A stretch of DNA of 64,000 nucleotides from contig CM060731.1 in assembly GCA_030704615.1 (NCBI GenBank), positions 73,780,001-73,844,000 on the forward strand, read 5' to 3'. Shown here one piece after another: positions 12,693 through 27,264 of the stretch. Position 1 is the stretch's first letter; each line of letters starts with the position of its first letter. The notes below the pieces were generated by a model. The model worked only from the letters and a program-made list of their open reading frames with translations, was not told the DNA's origin and made no database searches. This DNA is from Takakia lepidozioides. Taxonomy: Eukaryota; Plantae; Bryophyta. The translations under genes were made by a program, and so were the position numbers.

Positions 12693-15600
12693 ATGAAGGG
12701 AGGCTTGGCTCGCTCGCGGTCGATGCGGGGGACAGTCTCCCCGGCAGACTCTGCTCTCAGAGAGAGGGAGCCTTTCAGCGTGGGTCCGGTTCGTCAAAAA
12801 ACATCTCCCATGGTGGGAAGCCCCGGGCGTCGGATGCGGCCGATGAATGAGAATGTTCCCCCTGATGGCGCGGTAAATGTAAGTTTGCTGTACTCTCTCT
12901 TTCAATGGCTGAAGCGAAGTCAGCCCTCTGTCTAAGGCTTCTTTGTGCATTTGATACCCGCACGTAAACGATCGATTGTTCTTACCATTACCTTGCAAGA
13001 GCAATCTTGAGTTATCATGGCTATGGAGGTCATTGGAGAGGGGAAGACGCAGGAGGGGGAGAGCTTTAGTAACCTAGAACAAAACCCCTCAATTTGAACT
13101 ATGACTTGTCTCTCCAAATTGTGCAGATCCCATATGCATGTTCACCTGCGCAATGCAAATCGTCAGCAAAAGGACCAAGGAACCAGGGGGCATCTAGGGA
13201 ACCTCCGTTGCCTGGCAGCCCTGGGCTGCTCTCAAAACCTCCCAGACCTTCTCCTGCAAGGAATACACCACCTGTCATCCTGTGCGAGGACCACATCAAC
13301 CGGGGTACACCCAATGGTCCAGGAAAGGATCCAGCCAAAAGGAAGATTAACTGGGATGTGCACATGGGAGGCAATGTGGAGAATGTAGTGAGCACAACGG
13401 GTGCAGAACCCTCTGGTGCTGATACTGGAGTCAAGGTGTGCCACTTCATTTGCAGCTTGAGCGATGGTAGATGAAAATCTGGCATAATCCTGTTTGTTGA
13501 AAGAAGGTGCACATGGGGAAATATTAGAGGTAATTCATTGTTCCTGCTTGCCATTAAAGGACATCTCAACCCAGAAAGAAAGGCTCTGAGCTCCTCCATT
13601 TCTTTGACTGGTGCCAGGTGATTGTGAGGATCCGTCCTTTGAGCAAGAAGGAGGAGGCCGAATTGGCAACACAAGTTGTGCACAACGCATCATCCACTTC
13701 TGTGTCCTTGACTGACCAGCAATTTACATTTGATTCAGTGGCCGGCGGAAATTCTTCCCAGGTATGAAATATACCTCCTAGGCTACCAATTCACTCTTTG
13801 ACTGTGGCTTGTTGCAGATATGTTATGTACGTCTGTCGCCCTACTTGCTCGCAGGCACTTACTGGAATCGCTTGCCTTACTCCAACATGAACCCTTGAAT
13901 CATGCAGTTGAAATGTTCCAAGGGGTTTTCAATGCAATGTTTACCATGTCAAGAAGCAGAATATACAACCAATGGGTTCCCTACAAATTCAACTCTGTGA
14001 TTGGCTTCTGCGATTTTGACCCTCCAGATTCAAACATTTTGACATTTTGACCCTCCAGGATGTACACTAAATGAAAGTGCTGTGGAGTTTTCAGATGCGT
14101 AATGCCAGTGATAATTCTGTTTGGCCACTTCCCTTCCTCAATGTACCTGCCTGAAAAGCAGCTCTGTAGTTTCGAGATGATGAATGTGTTCATCACGTGA
14201 GAGTTGAATGCTTTAGCACCACATGGAAGACCACATATTGGTAGGCCATGAGCAAGGAGGGATGCCTTTATGGTGGGTAACCTGTAACACAGTTTGCGGT
14301 GGGTGCGCCTGTTCAGCAAGCTGTGTTTGAGATGGTGGGGCTACCTATGGTCGAGAATTGTTTGGCAGGCTTCAACAGCTCCATCTTTGCCTATGGCCAG
14401 GTATTACTTGTTCACTGTTGCCCTTAGTTCTTGTAGCTCCCCTGATTGAGAGATCTCCTTAATCTCTCACTCTTTCTTTCACTCTCTTCTGAACCATCCA
14501 AATTCATATTGTCCAGCCTGAACATGCAGTCAACATGACAAACAATGGTTGTATTCTTGAGAAATTCTTTCGTGTTATCTTCCCCCCTCTCGCCTTGATG
14601 GCAATCCTCTCACGTCCTGCTCTGAATGTTTCCTTGTTTTAGGAGCATTACTGCACTTGTACACTATCCCCATGTCCAAGAACAAAAGAAGGTTTAATTT
14701 ACATAGTTGAGAGCTACCTCTATTGACCAAGCAGAGTCTGTCTCAACCCTGAGGATCTGTTGCATTGTTCACTGAACAGACAGGGAGTGGCAAAACACAC
14801 ACAATGTGGGGTTCACTGCCTGATTCCAGCGCTGACTGCACCTCAATCGAGGACCGTGGCCTGACTCCTCGCGTTTTTGAAAACCTGTTTGAGCGTATGC
14901 ACAAGGTGGCCTTCTAAATTTCCACAGGACTTTACATATGCTATGTGCTCAGAGTTTTGAAGCTTGTCTTTTCTTATGTCACTGATAGGTTGTTTTTGCA
15001 CTGCAGGAGAGTTCCAAGTATGTTGGACCATTTGGGGTTTGATTTGCTCTTTTGGGTATTTTTTTCAGTTTCTGTTAGTGTTTGACTACGTTCATTAGCC
15101 CTCTAGACCTGCCAAATTTCCTCTTCTTGTTCCTCTGCTCCATATCTATATCTGACGAACCATACCTTCATAGAATTTACTGTTTACGGTTTTTCATATC
15201 TAATGCAGGAAGAGCAGAACAATGTAGACAAGCAACTACACTACCAGTGTCGATGTTCCTTTCTCGAGGTAATTTTCAGGCCCCCTCTCCTTTGCCCATC
15301 CATACCTGCTATCACAAATTGTGAAATGAAAAGCAAGCGTTTGGTCATGCAAAAGTCTGTAATCGAGACGTGCATTTTGCTCCTCTTCATGAATGCGGAC
15401 ATGCCACATACAGAGGCAGAGGCAATTGTAATGGCAAGGATAGAAGGATCTCGAGGAAGCAAAAAAGAGGGATCCAATGGCTCATGTTCTAGGAGCAGAT
15501 TTTGATGACCTGTTCACTTGATTGGGCATGCCAGATATACAACGAACAAATTACTGACTTGCTGGAGCCATCCCAGAAAAACCTCATGGTAAACACCCTG

Positions 15601-18600
15601 TGGGTGCGTTTGGATGTGTCAATATGTCAAGGCTATTGGTATCCAGCAGCATAGAGTTATGGTAGTCAACAATTGACATACATCTCCATTGAAGACAAGA
15701 GGGATTGCAGGTAGATCTCAGAGGAGGATGCATGAAAGGAAATGACAAATTAGACTAAATTTGTGGCCAATCTTTGTACAGCAAATGCTATCAGCATTGT
15801 ATTCTTTCGACATGTTACTAGAGATAGAACTAATTCGTTGCATTGGAACTGCTGAATACCAAGTTGCAGTCTTTCTGAAACCTGCATCATAAACTGCAAT
15901 TATGTCATTATGCAGATTAGGGAGGACACAAATACGGGTGTATACGTAGAGAGCCTGACTGAGGAATACGTTTCAAATGTTGAAGATGTCATGCGTCTTC
16001 TCATCCGGGTTTGCTACCTCACACCAAACCTTCCTGCCACTTCAATTAATGGCAGTATCTTTGTCAAGATCTTAGAAAACATCAGATGCTTGGTCTGTTC
16101 CCCCTGTTTTCTGAATCCATTGCCTTTGAAGGCAGTTGAAGCAATTCCTTAACTGTCTGAAGTCCTGAAGTAGGGTTTGTGGAAATGTAGTCTATTCTGG
16201 GGCGAGGATAGTACCGTTGTGGATGAGCATGTGCTTGACTTGATAACATGTTGGTTGCATGATGTACGACAACTTCAAAACTTGGTAATGAGATCATTTT
16301 GACAAGAGTGTGTTCTCAGCTGACCAAAACAGAAGTATGTGATCATTTTCTGGTATGGGCAGGGCATAGCAAACAGAAGAGTTGGTGCGACAACCATGAA
16401 TAATGAGAGCTCTCGCTCCCACAGTGTCTTTACGTGTGTCATCGAGTCCCGTTCCAAGGTTCTAAATCCCCTTCTCTCACCATAAGCTTGCATTTCTTGA
16501 TATGACTGCTCCTGCTTGTGAAGGATAATTTCTTTGCTGTACTTGGTTTTGATTCTAAAGATGTGTAGGTCCTGGGTTCCTGGTGTTGTTCGTGTGTCCC
16601 ACACAACTTCACATCCTCATGTGCATTTGGTAAGTTCTTTATTTTTTAATTCTCTCACTTTACATACCCTTGTTAAGATGACCTTTCCTATCTCATTTTC
16701 AAAGTTGGTGATTGTGGATGAGCTCTAGCAGAGCATGGCAGAGGGCGTGAGCAGGGTGAGGATTAGCAGGATGAACTTGGTAGATTTGGCTGGGTCCGAA
16801 CGACAGAAGCAGACGGGTGCTGCAGGTGAACGTCTGAAGGAGGCTGGAAACATCAATCGGTCTCTCTCCCAGCTCGGGTCTGCCCATCTTTCTGTCTCGC
16901 CAGTGTATTTTCAACCCCATAAATTCCTATCCCCTCTTATTAATTTCACCCGATGGCTAAAATATTATTATCTGTTAAGTTTTATGGTAAAACGACCTGT
17001 AAACTTTACTGCATAACGAACAAACTACCAGTTACAGTTGCCTATCATTGAATGAAATCTTGATTTGATTCCTGAGACTTGATTTGAACTGTTGAGTGCA
17101 GGAATGTCATAAACATATTGGCAGAAGTGGCGCAAACAGGGAAGCAACGTCATATTCCATACCGCGATTCACGCCTCACTTTCTTGCTTCAGGATTCATT
17201 GGGTGGTAACGCCAAGCTAGCCATGATTTGTGCTATCTCTCCAGCTAGCAGGTGAGATATTTATCCAGTTATGTAAGTGCACATCATTAAAGTTCCACTT
17301 GCAAAGGCCTTTGCTCAGAAACAACCACAACATTCTGATTTTCTGGAGTCTCTGGAATCCAGCTGCCGAAGTGAGACATTGAGTACTTTGAGATTTGCCC
17401 AAAGGGCAAAAGCCATGCAGAACAAGGCAGTCATCAATGAGGAGACTGCCAACGATGTAAACCTTTTGCGTGAACAAATTCGGGTGCTCAAGGTGGGTAG
17501 GATGCTTTTCTTTCTAAGTCAACATCCATGGTGTCCATTTGTTTCGCCTCATGAATATTGCAGATGTCCCCCACATGACTGAACTGTGCGTGCATAAGCG
17601 ACTGGGATGAAACCCTAGCATGTAAAGCCAGTTTTATTGGGTTTAGGCTCAAACCTAAAATCCTTTGCACAATATTGACATGCAATTTACGTTCAAGGCT
17701 GCTCTCAACAATGTCAGTTTAGGCAAGTTTTTGCATCTTCATCTTCTTACAATTGTAGCAATTGGAATGATGATGTCTTGATGACCATGTGGTACAGGAT
17801 GAGCTGTTGAAGATGAAATCAAACAGCCACCAGCAGGCAGATAGTGGAGGTGGGTATTCCAATGGATGGAATGCACGCCGCAGCTACAATCTGTTGAGGT
17901 TAAGTCTGAGCCACCCCCCGACGTTTCCCCAGGAAAATTCTGAGGACATGGACAAAGACATGGAGATTGATGAGAATGCTGTAGCTGATGTGTCAACAGG
18001 GTTGACACATTCACGTCCATTCATGTCCATTGTTAAAGATAAGACAAAAGCTGACCCAAAACTTCCACTCTCCACAGATGTGGAAGTGAGGCTTCACTTG
18101 CCAGTTGAGGATGGGAATGAGGGGAGCCCAGTGACTATCTCAGGTTGCAGTGAGAAGGAGCCTGAAAGGAGAGAATCAGAATTTGAGCCAGTGAACAATT
18201 TTACTATTGACTACAACATATCAGACTTGGATAGGCACAGAAGCCCTTCAGATACAGACAGTAGAAAACTGTATAAAACTGACCTTCCAGCTCTGGATAC
18301 GACTGAACTTCCAGAGCTGACTCTTTGCCTTCACTCCCCCACGCTTAGTCTTTCCCCGCAAGTAAAACAGGACAAAAAGATAGCTATCTCTTTGATTGGA
18401 CTTCCTCCTCCCCTAGAGGGAGATGAGAAGGTCACCTGTTGGTCAACAGGCGAGCAAACTCCGGTACCCGTCGTTCAGTATTTAGACAATTCCTTGAAAA
18501 TGGGTCCAGTCAGTACAGATTTACCTCTGCGTTCTTCCCTGCCCACCAGCCAAGAGCTTTCAATTTCAAGAGATCAACTGGCGGAAAGTCTTTGTCGTGG

Positions 18601-21600
18601 TCTCCAGATTCTTGACAGTCACCAAAGGAGATCATTTTCTGCAATGGGAAAGTAAGACATATTGATTGAAATGTTTCACAGTGTCTGTCTTGTACCATAG
18701 ACAGTGAAATTTGAAGGAAATCCTTCATTCTGATCGTTTGTGCTGGGGATGGATATAGCATCTATAATTGTGGATTCTTTTAATTCTTTAAGTTTTGGTT
18801 CTTCTTATGACTGGAATTGACGGCCGGTAAATACAGGTCTTATGGAGTGCGATCCTCCTTCGACAATGCCAACTTCAAGGTTTCCGGCACTATCGAAGGG
18901 AGTGTGCAAACAATGTCCCCAAGGTGCCTGAGTGGGGCGGGTGCTGACCTATCACCAGGACTTCCAGAGTCAACTAGCCCTGACAGATCACAGTGGCAAT
19001 TAGTAGCCCTGGAAAGGACCAAGAAGGGCCTGCCAGTTACTGCAACGCACCCGGAAAACCTTGCCCAGGTATGGTCCTTACATAACCATTTGTTGCTCTG
19101 TCAACAATCGCCATAAGTTCTTCTCCTCTCTGATTTGGAACATAAATTTGGTTGTATAATACACAGTCATTTGTGGAAGCTGAGGGACTATGGTTTTGTG
19201 TAGGCGAGTGAGACAGTGTTAGCGGGGGCCATCCGTAGAGAAAGGGCTGCTGAAGAGGCATTGACTCGACAAGCTGCAGAGATTGAGCAGCTCAACCGCC
19301 TGGTAAAGCATCAACCTTTCCAACCACAATCTTAACTCCACTTGTAGTCTCATTTGTCTTTGTGTCCCCTATTTCACAGCTGAATTCTTCTTTTAGGTGG
19401 GAATTGTGTTCTGAAATTTGTTCCATGAGCTAATGAAATGAAATGTTGTTTACTTTTCTGGGTGAACCTCTTGAAAGCACAAGATTCTGGAAAGTTTGCA
19501 TCTTCAGCTTCAATGTCTCTATAATTGATGTCATGGGATGGATATGCACAGGTGCGGCAATACAAGCATGAGAGAGACTGCAATTCTATTCTACAGCAAT
19601 CTTATGAGGATAAGATAGCTCGGCTTGAAGCACTTATGGATGGCATCCTCCCCTCGGATGGCTTCCTCACTGAGGAGTGGTCAGCTCTGCTCCTTGAACA
19701 TAAGGTACAGTGGAATGGGAGTTGATATATTGCTTTGATCCTCTGCTAAGGATAACTTGTAGCTCAAAAGGAAAATTTGCTTGTGAAACTGCAGGCCTGC
19801 AACTAATGACTGGAAATTTTCATTCCTTGGGGAGTCCACTTGTGTTTGTCCGAAGCTGCATGCAAACATGTGAGCCATGTAGGAGTTTATGGTCTTCCTT
19901 TTTTCTGTCTGCACAAATGTGCATTTTATGTATTTACTTGACTATCTGGGCCAGGCGTTAGCCTTTTCTTGTTTGATTGTGGTGCAGTATGCTACCGGAA
20001 CACATTGTGGTGGATGGTTTGCTTCTTCTTTAAGTTGTCCCTTGTTGTGTGATTGTCTTGGTGTTTGCCACCGTTGAAATGTAGCAAGAAGGGAACTTCC
20101 ATTGAGAGGCGTAGAAATCCTACTCTGCCTTGGGTTCAATGTACCCCTCTACATAGTCACCAGGCTTTATCTACTTCATTTACTTTTGATCCAATGTCTT
20201 GTGCATGTCATGTGAACAACTGCTGGTTTTTTGGCTCAGATCCTGCAGGGGAAGTGCGAGCAGAACCCGGAGGTAACTGAGGCCAAGTTGGAACACCAGC
20301 GCTTGCTAGATGAACTTCAACAGTACAAAACTTTCTTTGACCTTGGGGAGAGAGAAGCCCTTCAGGAAGAAATTGTTCAACTGAGAAACCAACTACTCTC
20401 ATATCTTGAGCCTGGAACTCCAGGGTCTGCAAAGCACCGTTCCCTCTCTCAAACCCCAAAGACCATCCTTCCCCGAAGCCTAGACCTATGCACTGCAGAT
20501 TCGGCAGCTGAGCTTGGCGCTGTCCCTGAAGCCATATCACCTTGTGACATTGCAGCTGGAAACCTTGCATTGGTTTTACCTGCACCTTGTGCCAGCGAGC
20601 GCTGGGAGGATGAGAGGAAAAAGTGGGAGGAGAGGGAGATTGAGTGGATATCAGTAGTGGAGGATCTTCGAGAGGAGTCTGAGCACCACATGAGACAATC
20701 GGAAAAGAGAAGGCAAGAGCTCGAGGTTGAAAAGAGGTCAGTTTAATCCAGTAAATCCAGTTCGATGGATTTTTTAGCTTTTGCAGAAATGCATAGCATG
20801 CATAGAGAAAAACTACTATTGTATTTGTGTGTAAATTCAGTGACCATAATGCAGTTCCTGTCTCTGATTGAGAGCTATCCAGAAGTTATGAGCTCATTTT
20901 TTTTTTATGCCCAGAACCAATCGGAACAGGCAAGACCTGAACGTGGAATGTCCAAGTGTTTGGAAGACCATAATTTTGACCTGCATTGAGATCTGATGTG
21001 CTCTCTCTTCTTCCATGCTTGTCTCCAGGTGTGCACAAGAGATTCGTGATGCCCTCCAGATGGCTATGGAAGGGCATGCTCGCCTGCTGGAACAGTATGC
21101 AGAATTGCAGGAGAAACACATATCATTGCTGGCTAGGCAGCGTCAAATGCGTGAAGGTGTAAGTGACCTGAAGAAGATGGCCAGGAGGTCTGGTGTCAAT
21201 GCCACCGAGTCCCGGTGGTTTGAAGCTCAATCTGCCCAGCTGGTGGCCATAATGGTTGAGCAGGAACACGAGAGAAAAGTTGCAAGAGAGGAGATTGATG
21301 GACTCCAGGCACAATTACAAGATACAGCTGATGCTGTGCAAGCTGCAGGGGAGCTCCTTGTCCGCCTGAAGGAGGCAGAGGAAGCCTATAGCGTAGCTCA
21401 AGTAAGCTCTAACTTCCTATCTTGCCTTTGGAAACAACAAGGCCATGTCCACCAGTCATGTTTTGTTTCCAATTTTGAGATTGTCTAGGTTCACTGCTCC
21501 CTTCAGCCTCGCTCTGCATACCTAACCAAATTCGCTCTTCAATGTGTTAACAGGACGCTGCAGCAATGGCAGAGCAAGATGCTGATGGAATTCGACAGGA

Positions 21601-21982
21601 GATGGAGAAAGTCCATCGGCTGCATGCAACAGAATTCGCAATGCTCCAGCATTGCCTTTTGGAAGCTCGCCTGTCAAAATCAACACTTTGCCCTATGTGT
21701 GTCATGTCTGAGCGAGTAAAGTTTGAGTTCACTGAGGTTGAGGTTGAGATAGCTCGTGCTCAACTGGAGGCAGAGCTTCGTGCTGCTGCACTCAAAAAAC
21801 TTTCGACAATGCCTTCTTCAAGCAAACAGGGGGTGTCAAACAGCTGGAACAATGGGGAAGTACTGGAAGTGGAACAGGATGATGAAAGCGTGCAGGGAGA
21901 GTCAGAGCACTGTGCGTTGTTGCTGGAGAATCTGGATATTCCAGAGTTGATTGATGATGAGTCATGTGGGGAAACCATGTAA
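12693..21982 (+). CDS. Kinesin-12 (KIN12A/B, PAKRP1-like) phragmoplast motor, multi-exon
   Basis: P-loop YGQ|TGSGKT (~14392/14780), NESSRSH (~16400), DLAGSER (~16785), [22 protein letters not shown] (~17150), [13 protein letters not shown], and the KIN12A/B-type C-terminus [19 protein letters not shown]...[18 protein letters not shown]. Not every exon boundary was resolved. Confidence 0.92.
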
Positions 21983-22346
21983 GATGGGTTGAGTATCCTT
22001 GGATTACGATTGATACACGATTATTCTGGCATGACAGGGCTTGCACAGCTTGCACAGCTCATGCAAGACTAGCTGCTGCTATATGTTGGACGAGAGAGAA
22101 CTGGAGGTTCTCTCAGATACATTAGAGAACAGTGTGCTCTCTTGAGCTTTCAGGTGGCAGCGGTTGAAGGTTGTGCATAGAACTAGGCGCACTCGAAAAA
22201 TAAGGATGAGTGGGCGGAGTTAGAGTGCGGGTCATTGTGAAGCCTGCCTACACTGAACCAATCCACTAAAACCAGGTATTTGGTCCTTAAGGTAATTTGT
22301 GTTCATGTAACATTACCAGCCCCATTTATCTGTGGCTCGTTATCTG

Positions 22347-22920
22347 TTGGGAAAGAGAATTGTCCCTGATATGGTAGAAGGTAGTCACTTGTGAGAAAGG
22401 AACAAGTGTGTGTTGAAGAGACCAGCAATGGTGACTACAGATCTGTATAATATGTGTCTTCAATTTATTTAGACCATTTAAAAAATAAAATCTCGATAAG
22501 ATTCATTCGAATAGTTTTCTCTTAAGTTTCTTTCTTGTACTGTAATTTCCAGTTTGCTTGCCCTTTTCTCCTCCATTGTGTATGCTGTCCAACAGGTCTT
22601 AGTGAGATCTATTGTTAGCTTTACACTGATGGTAAGAAAGTAACTTTTATTTTTTAGATTGTGTTGTACCAATATGTGGCTCATCATTTCTTGGGAAAGG
22701 GAATTGTCCCTGATATTGTAGAATGTCAATACCACTGGTGAGAAGGGAACAAGTGTGTTGAAGAGCCGCTAATGCTGACTACATACCATTTAGAAAACAA
22801 TTTCAATGGTTTTCTTTACTGTAATTTCCAATTTCCTTGCCCTTCTCTCCTCCATTGTGTATGCAACTGTCCAACAGGTCTTAGTGGGGATCTATTGCCA
22901 GCTTTACACCAATGGTTAGA
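22347..22920. repeat. Diverged tandem duplication (~290 and ~230 bp) between the convergent 3' ends of the kinesin and lactonase genes
   Basis: GGGAAAG.GAATTGTCCCTGATA...CTCCTCCATTGTGTATGC...TGTCCAACAGGTCTTAGTG...AGCTTTACAC occurs at ~22347-22636 and ~22691-22920. Confidence 0.85.
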
Positions 22921-23035
22921 TGACTATCAATGTGAGAACTAGTAGCATAAAACGCGTTCTACTACACGGGTGCTTCCTCCTTGAGTGAACTCCTTAAGTG
23001 AACTCCAGGTACTTCCTTGATTCTAATGAACTCCT

Positions 23036-26000
23036 TCAGTGAACTCCAAGTGCCGTTGCTGCATAATGAAGGCCTGCTCCAGTAACCTGAACAGTACAAT
23101 TTTATAATTCAGTCAGTTTTCAGTCTAGCTTTTCTCTACCAGAAAACTACATCAGTTGTTTGGGCTTTTCATGATATTATACAGTTCGTCTGTTTTTCTC
23201 TATCTGTATGTGTGCGCATGTATACTCCAAGGTATACTGACCTGCAGCGTAATGCCATGAATGGATTTGTCGTTGAACATGTACAGTTTGTTGAGGTCCT
23301 CGCCAGCAAAGCCCAAGTTGACAACCTCTGATAATTGTATCAAACCCAATGGTTTTCCAGAGCGACTGAACACTGTTTCATGACAAGGAAAGTATAACTC
23401 TGTAAATAATAATGAAACTTCACCACAATGAAGACAAACAACAGATGCAAACAAACAACAGGTGAAGAATTTGGAGAGTAATGGCAATGGAGCCAAAGTG
23501 AATGGAGATGAAAGCTCCCTTTGTCTATGCCCACACACACGAAATCTTTACAGCATGGGAACTACTTCATGAACACAATTTAAGGGGATGCCAAGGTCCT
23601 CTACCTTGCACCCCATCCAGTGAACCGGTGTAAACTCGTCCTTTGGTGTCAACTTTTATGCCATCAGGAACACCTAATCCAGGAGCACGTCCGTCGTACA
23701 ATCCAACGGAGGCAAACAGCCGCCGGCTACTCAGTGTGCCGTCAGGTAGGATATCAAACACATATATGTGATGAGGCATTGTCACATCAAATTTCGGGCC
23801 ATACCTGCATTCAAGCCACTTTGCATGCTCATGAACCCCATTTGTAAGTGGCAGTTCCAACAAGGTTGCACAATACTTTCTATACCAGATACCCAGTCTT
23901 GAAGATGCTCATAATCTGTGCAACTCAGCAACTATGCAACGAGAATCTTGAGCCATCAACACTCACAGGAGGTTATTCTAAATAGATCAGTACTGTGATT
24001 TGATTGTTGACACAGCAGTAACTACAAATCATTCTACCCTGAGTAGGTAACTTGTGGATAAGTTGCAGGATCTACTCTAAGAGCAAGAAAGGAGAGACGT
24101 AGCTCAGTCAAAAGTGAGAGAAGTTACATGTTTGACTCCCCAGTTTGAAAGCCCGTGTCAGTGACAAAGAGTCGCTTCTCATCTTCTGAGAAAGCAAGAC
24201 CATTTGGTCGGGAAAAGCCCGTTGCCACTGCATCCACTTTCCCCGAGGTGCTGATTCTGTACACCTGATTCTCGACCCTGGGTTTAGCCTGAAATCCTTG
24301 TACACTGAACAATCAAAAACCCTGACAGATGAGTCCACTGAATAACAAGGTTCGGAAATTGCATTTAAAACATACAAAGACATGAGAAGTGATACCTGAT
24401 CAGAATTCCATTCCTGGTCAATGGAGATGCCCCCTAACGATGGTGCAGTAGGAGTGCAAGCAGTGTGCCATCCAACATCCAACTAAACTGTGGCAAGTAA
24501 CTTGAATCCTACTGGAAACTTTGAGGTGCAAGAATGAGGGGGGAGAAAAGAAGTGCCATAGTAACTTCCACCCTTTATTCCTTTTTGTTGGTAGAAAAGA
24601 TAATAGAAATGAAATGAAATGGTACTTTATAACGTCCGCGGAAAGCTCATAGAGCTTATGAGCTTATCATAGAGAAAAATGAGTATTTTAACAAATGCTG
24701 AAACATATCAATTCCACTCCAACTTTGAGGTAGACAGTTGGACCAGAAGTTGAGCCTTACTATGCGTAGTTGGGATCAGTGAACCAAATGGTACCATCAC
24801 TCTTGACCACAATATCATTGGGGCTGTTAAAACGCACACCAAACCAGTTGTCAGCAACGATACTGGTGTTGAGAGTCCTGAGATCCACCCGCTGGATGTA
24901 GGCAGGTTTCTCACCCTGGCCTTGCTGGCATATGAGCAGCTTCCCCTCATGGTCCAGGACCATTCCATTGGCAACATCTGTCACTGGGAAGACTGTCGAA
25001 ATCTCCCCAGTTTTCACTGTCAGTTTTCTCACCTGCAGTTGCACCAGTCAACAGCAGTGTGAGCCTCCTAACCCACATGACCTGTGCTTAGATTGAGAAT
25101 CAGTAATCAGGAGTTTAGTTCTGCCAATACCTCTGTGTTTTGCTCCCCGAAAACCAGTCCCTCCTTCACCCTGGAGCTTGTAAAGTAAAATCCATCATTG
25201 TCTGGAAAGTACACCCCCCCTTCATGTGCATCTGTGGAGGCCACCATCTCCAGCTTGGGTGCAGGGCCCAGCACCTCCAAGAATTCTGGATCCCGGACCT
25301 ACATGTAGCCAGAACCTTATACACTTTCTCAGATTCACTGGATAAGTGGCCACCTCAGAATTGGTCTCAGAATCCTGCTACTGCGGGAATCATAAGAAAT
25401 GTATAGCACTCAGTAGCCATTACAACAAGGTGGAGAGAAAAAGGACCATGCGTTCAGAATTCATATTTAGTTTAAGTCTGCCATTAAATTCGTGTGCTGT
25501 TCTACAGAACTCTTAGAAGATTCAAATTTGCTACAATTTTGGAAAGACAGAAAATCTTGTAATGGTTGATTATAGGATGTTTAAAGTGGCATGGCCGGTA
25601 CCAAAAATCGGCAGTCAGGTTTGGATGGCCCAGTGGGTACATTGTTGATTATGCTGCCTTGCTGCCAGAAGCACACTCCTTCTGGCAACTCGTACTTCTC
25701 ATTTGCATTCATGACCCAATCGTGGTGGGTGGCAAGAAACGGATCTCCCTCGCTCCTATGAGAAGCTTCAAGGCAACAAAAAGACACTTAATTTTAATAC
25801 CATGATCGACATGTCCAGAAGTTCTCCTCTAACAAAAAAAGTAGGCTTGTTGCAATAACTTTAGCGAACTTTGGCGTACTGTAGCTTTAATGGTAGAATG
25901 CGATGCAAGAGACAGAAGGACTTACTTGACCAGGGTGCATTTGGTATGTGAGACAGCCAGAGAGCCAGCAGAGCGATCACAATAGTAGCCACGATTACCA

Positions 26001-26052
26001 TGGGCTTCAATCCTGGTTGGGAGCTTTCCCGCTCTGGGTCATCGACAGCCAT
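23036..26052 (-). CDS. SMP-30/gluconolactonase/LRE beta-propeller protein with an N-terminal signal anchor, multi-exon
   Basis: ANGM, FNSPNDIVVKSDGTIWFTDP, FSRPNGLAFSEDEKRLFVTDT, GVPDGIKVDTKGRVY, VVNLGFAG. Start MAVDD at 26052; probable last exon 23086-23036 (VTGAGLHYAATALGVH*). Confidence 0.85.
24606..24660 (-). repeat. Short dispersed element with a (CATTT)n tail, copy 1 (in a lactonase intron)
   Basis: Reverse complement of 26522-26581 with about 2 mismatches. Confidence 0.8.
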
Positions 26053-26521
26053 GACTAAACTACCTCCAACTCTAGGTTGCGTATTGTGGAACAACCGAAC
26101 TGTTAGACTGCAACTTAAAAACTATCTTTGCAATGAAATGGGTCACCTCAAGGCTGAAACCCTCTTACTCTCGCAAGCAAGAAACCCAGTACACCTCGTT
26201 CAGCCTATCAATCGAGATGGCCCTCACTTGAACCAAAATAATATGCTTATTTGACATATGATTTGTGCAACAGCGCCAATATCTCTCCCACCCAGTTCAA
26301 ATAGCTCTCTATTTCTCCACAGGCAGTCCTCAAATCCCAAGATTGAGATGTATCCGTTCAAACTTGGTAAAAAAAGGAAACCGGTATGGATTCCAACTGC
26401 GGAGTTCCTTCCTCTACAACACAATTAAACGACTTCAGCCCGCAAGGAAGGACATCCCAGCTCAATTCCAACCATATCTCTCTCTCCGCCTGTCCGTTAT
26501 ACACTTTCTTCCATTTTGTCC

Positions 26522-26581
26522 CATAAGCTCTACGAGCTTTCCGCGGACGTTATAAAGCACCATTTCATTTCATTTCATTTC
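26522..26581 (+). repeat. Short dispersed element with a (CATTT)n tail, copy 2
   Basis: CATAAGCTCTACGAGCTTTCCGCGGACGTTATAAAGCAC(CATTT)4C. Confidence 0.8.
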
Positions 26582-27264
26582 TTTGTTTCGCTAACTGAAC
26601 CCACAAGTGAACGCTTGTGACGTGACAAAAGAAAAAATGTAAGGAAGTAGAGTATGTCGTGACGACGGGAGATTGACTGTTGTCATCGAGAGAAGGACCC
26701 AAGTGCCTTAACTTGTAACCTCAGGCCCCATCTCTCTTTCCTGTCCAATCATCCAGCACCTTAGTCTAACCAGATCCTTCTCAGCACGTGGCACCCAGCT
26801 CATCACCTTCTTCACAGACCAACTTCGGAGGATTCTCGAACTCAGATTGTCGTTCTTGTAGGTAGCCTACTTACCGCATTCAAATCTTCTAATCGACCAG
26901 CCTTCATCTCAAGCGTCGTCGTCGAGGCACTCCCAAGAGAGAGAGACGAGAGGATGCTGCGAGACCAGGCCTATTTACCACGTGTCATTTTATATTCTTT
27001 TTTCCTTGACTGACCGTCTTGGAGGTCAATTGTAACATGCCAAATGTCATGTTTGAGGCCGCTCCGAATAACCTCCAGAGATTGGGCCATGTGGCAGACG
27101 TAAACTGGCCAACCTCTCCAAGCCCCTCCACGTGGTCATCCCTCAATATTAAAGTAAACAAGATTTCAAGAGAAGTTCCCTTTTCCCCTTTTTCCCTTTG
27201 TTCTCTTTTCTGTTTTTCTAAAAACAGAGTAGAGTTCCAACTAACCAACAGTCAGCAAGGCTGA

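Noticed and set aside
13099-13683. Long antisense ORFs over host exons (also 12438-13004, 42915-43535, 61420-61860)
   Set aside because: Shadow ORFs opposite well-supported coding exons.
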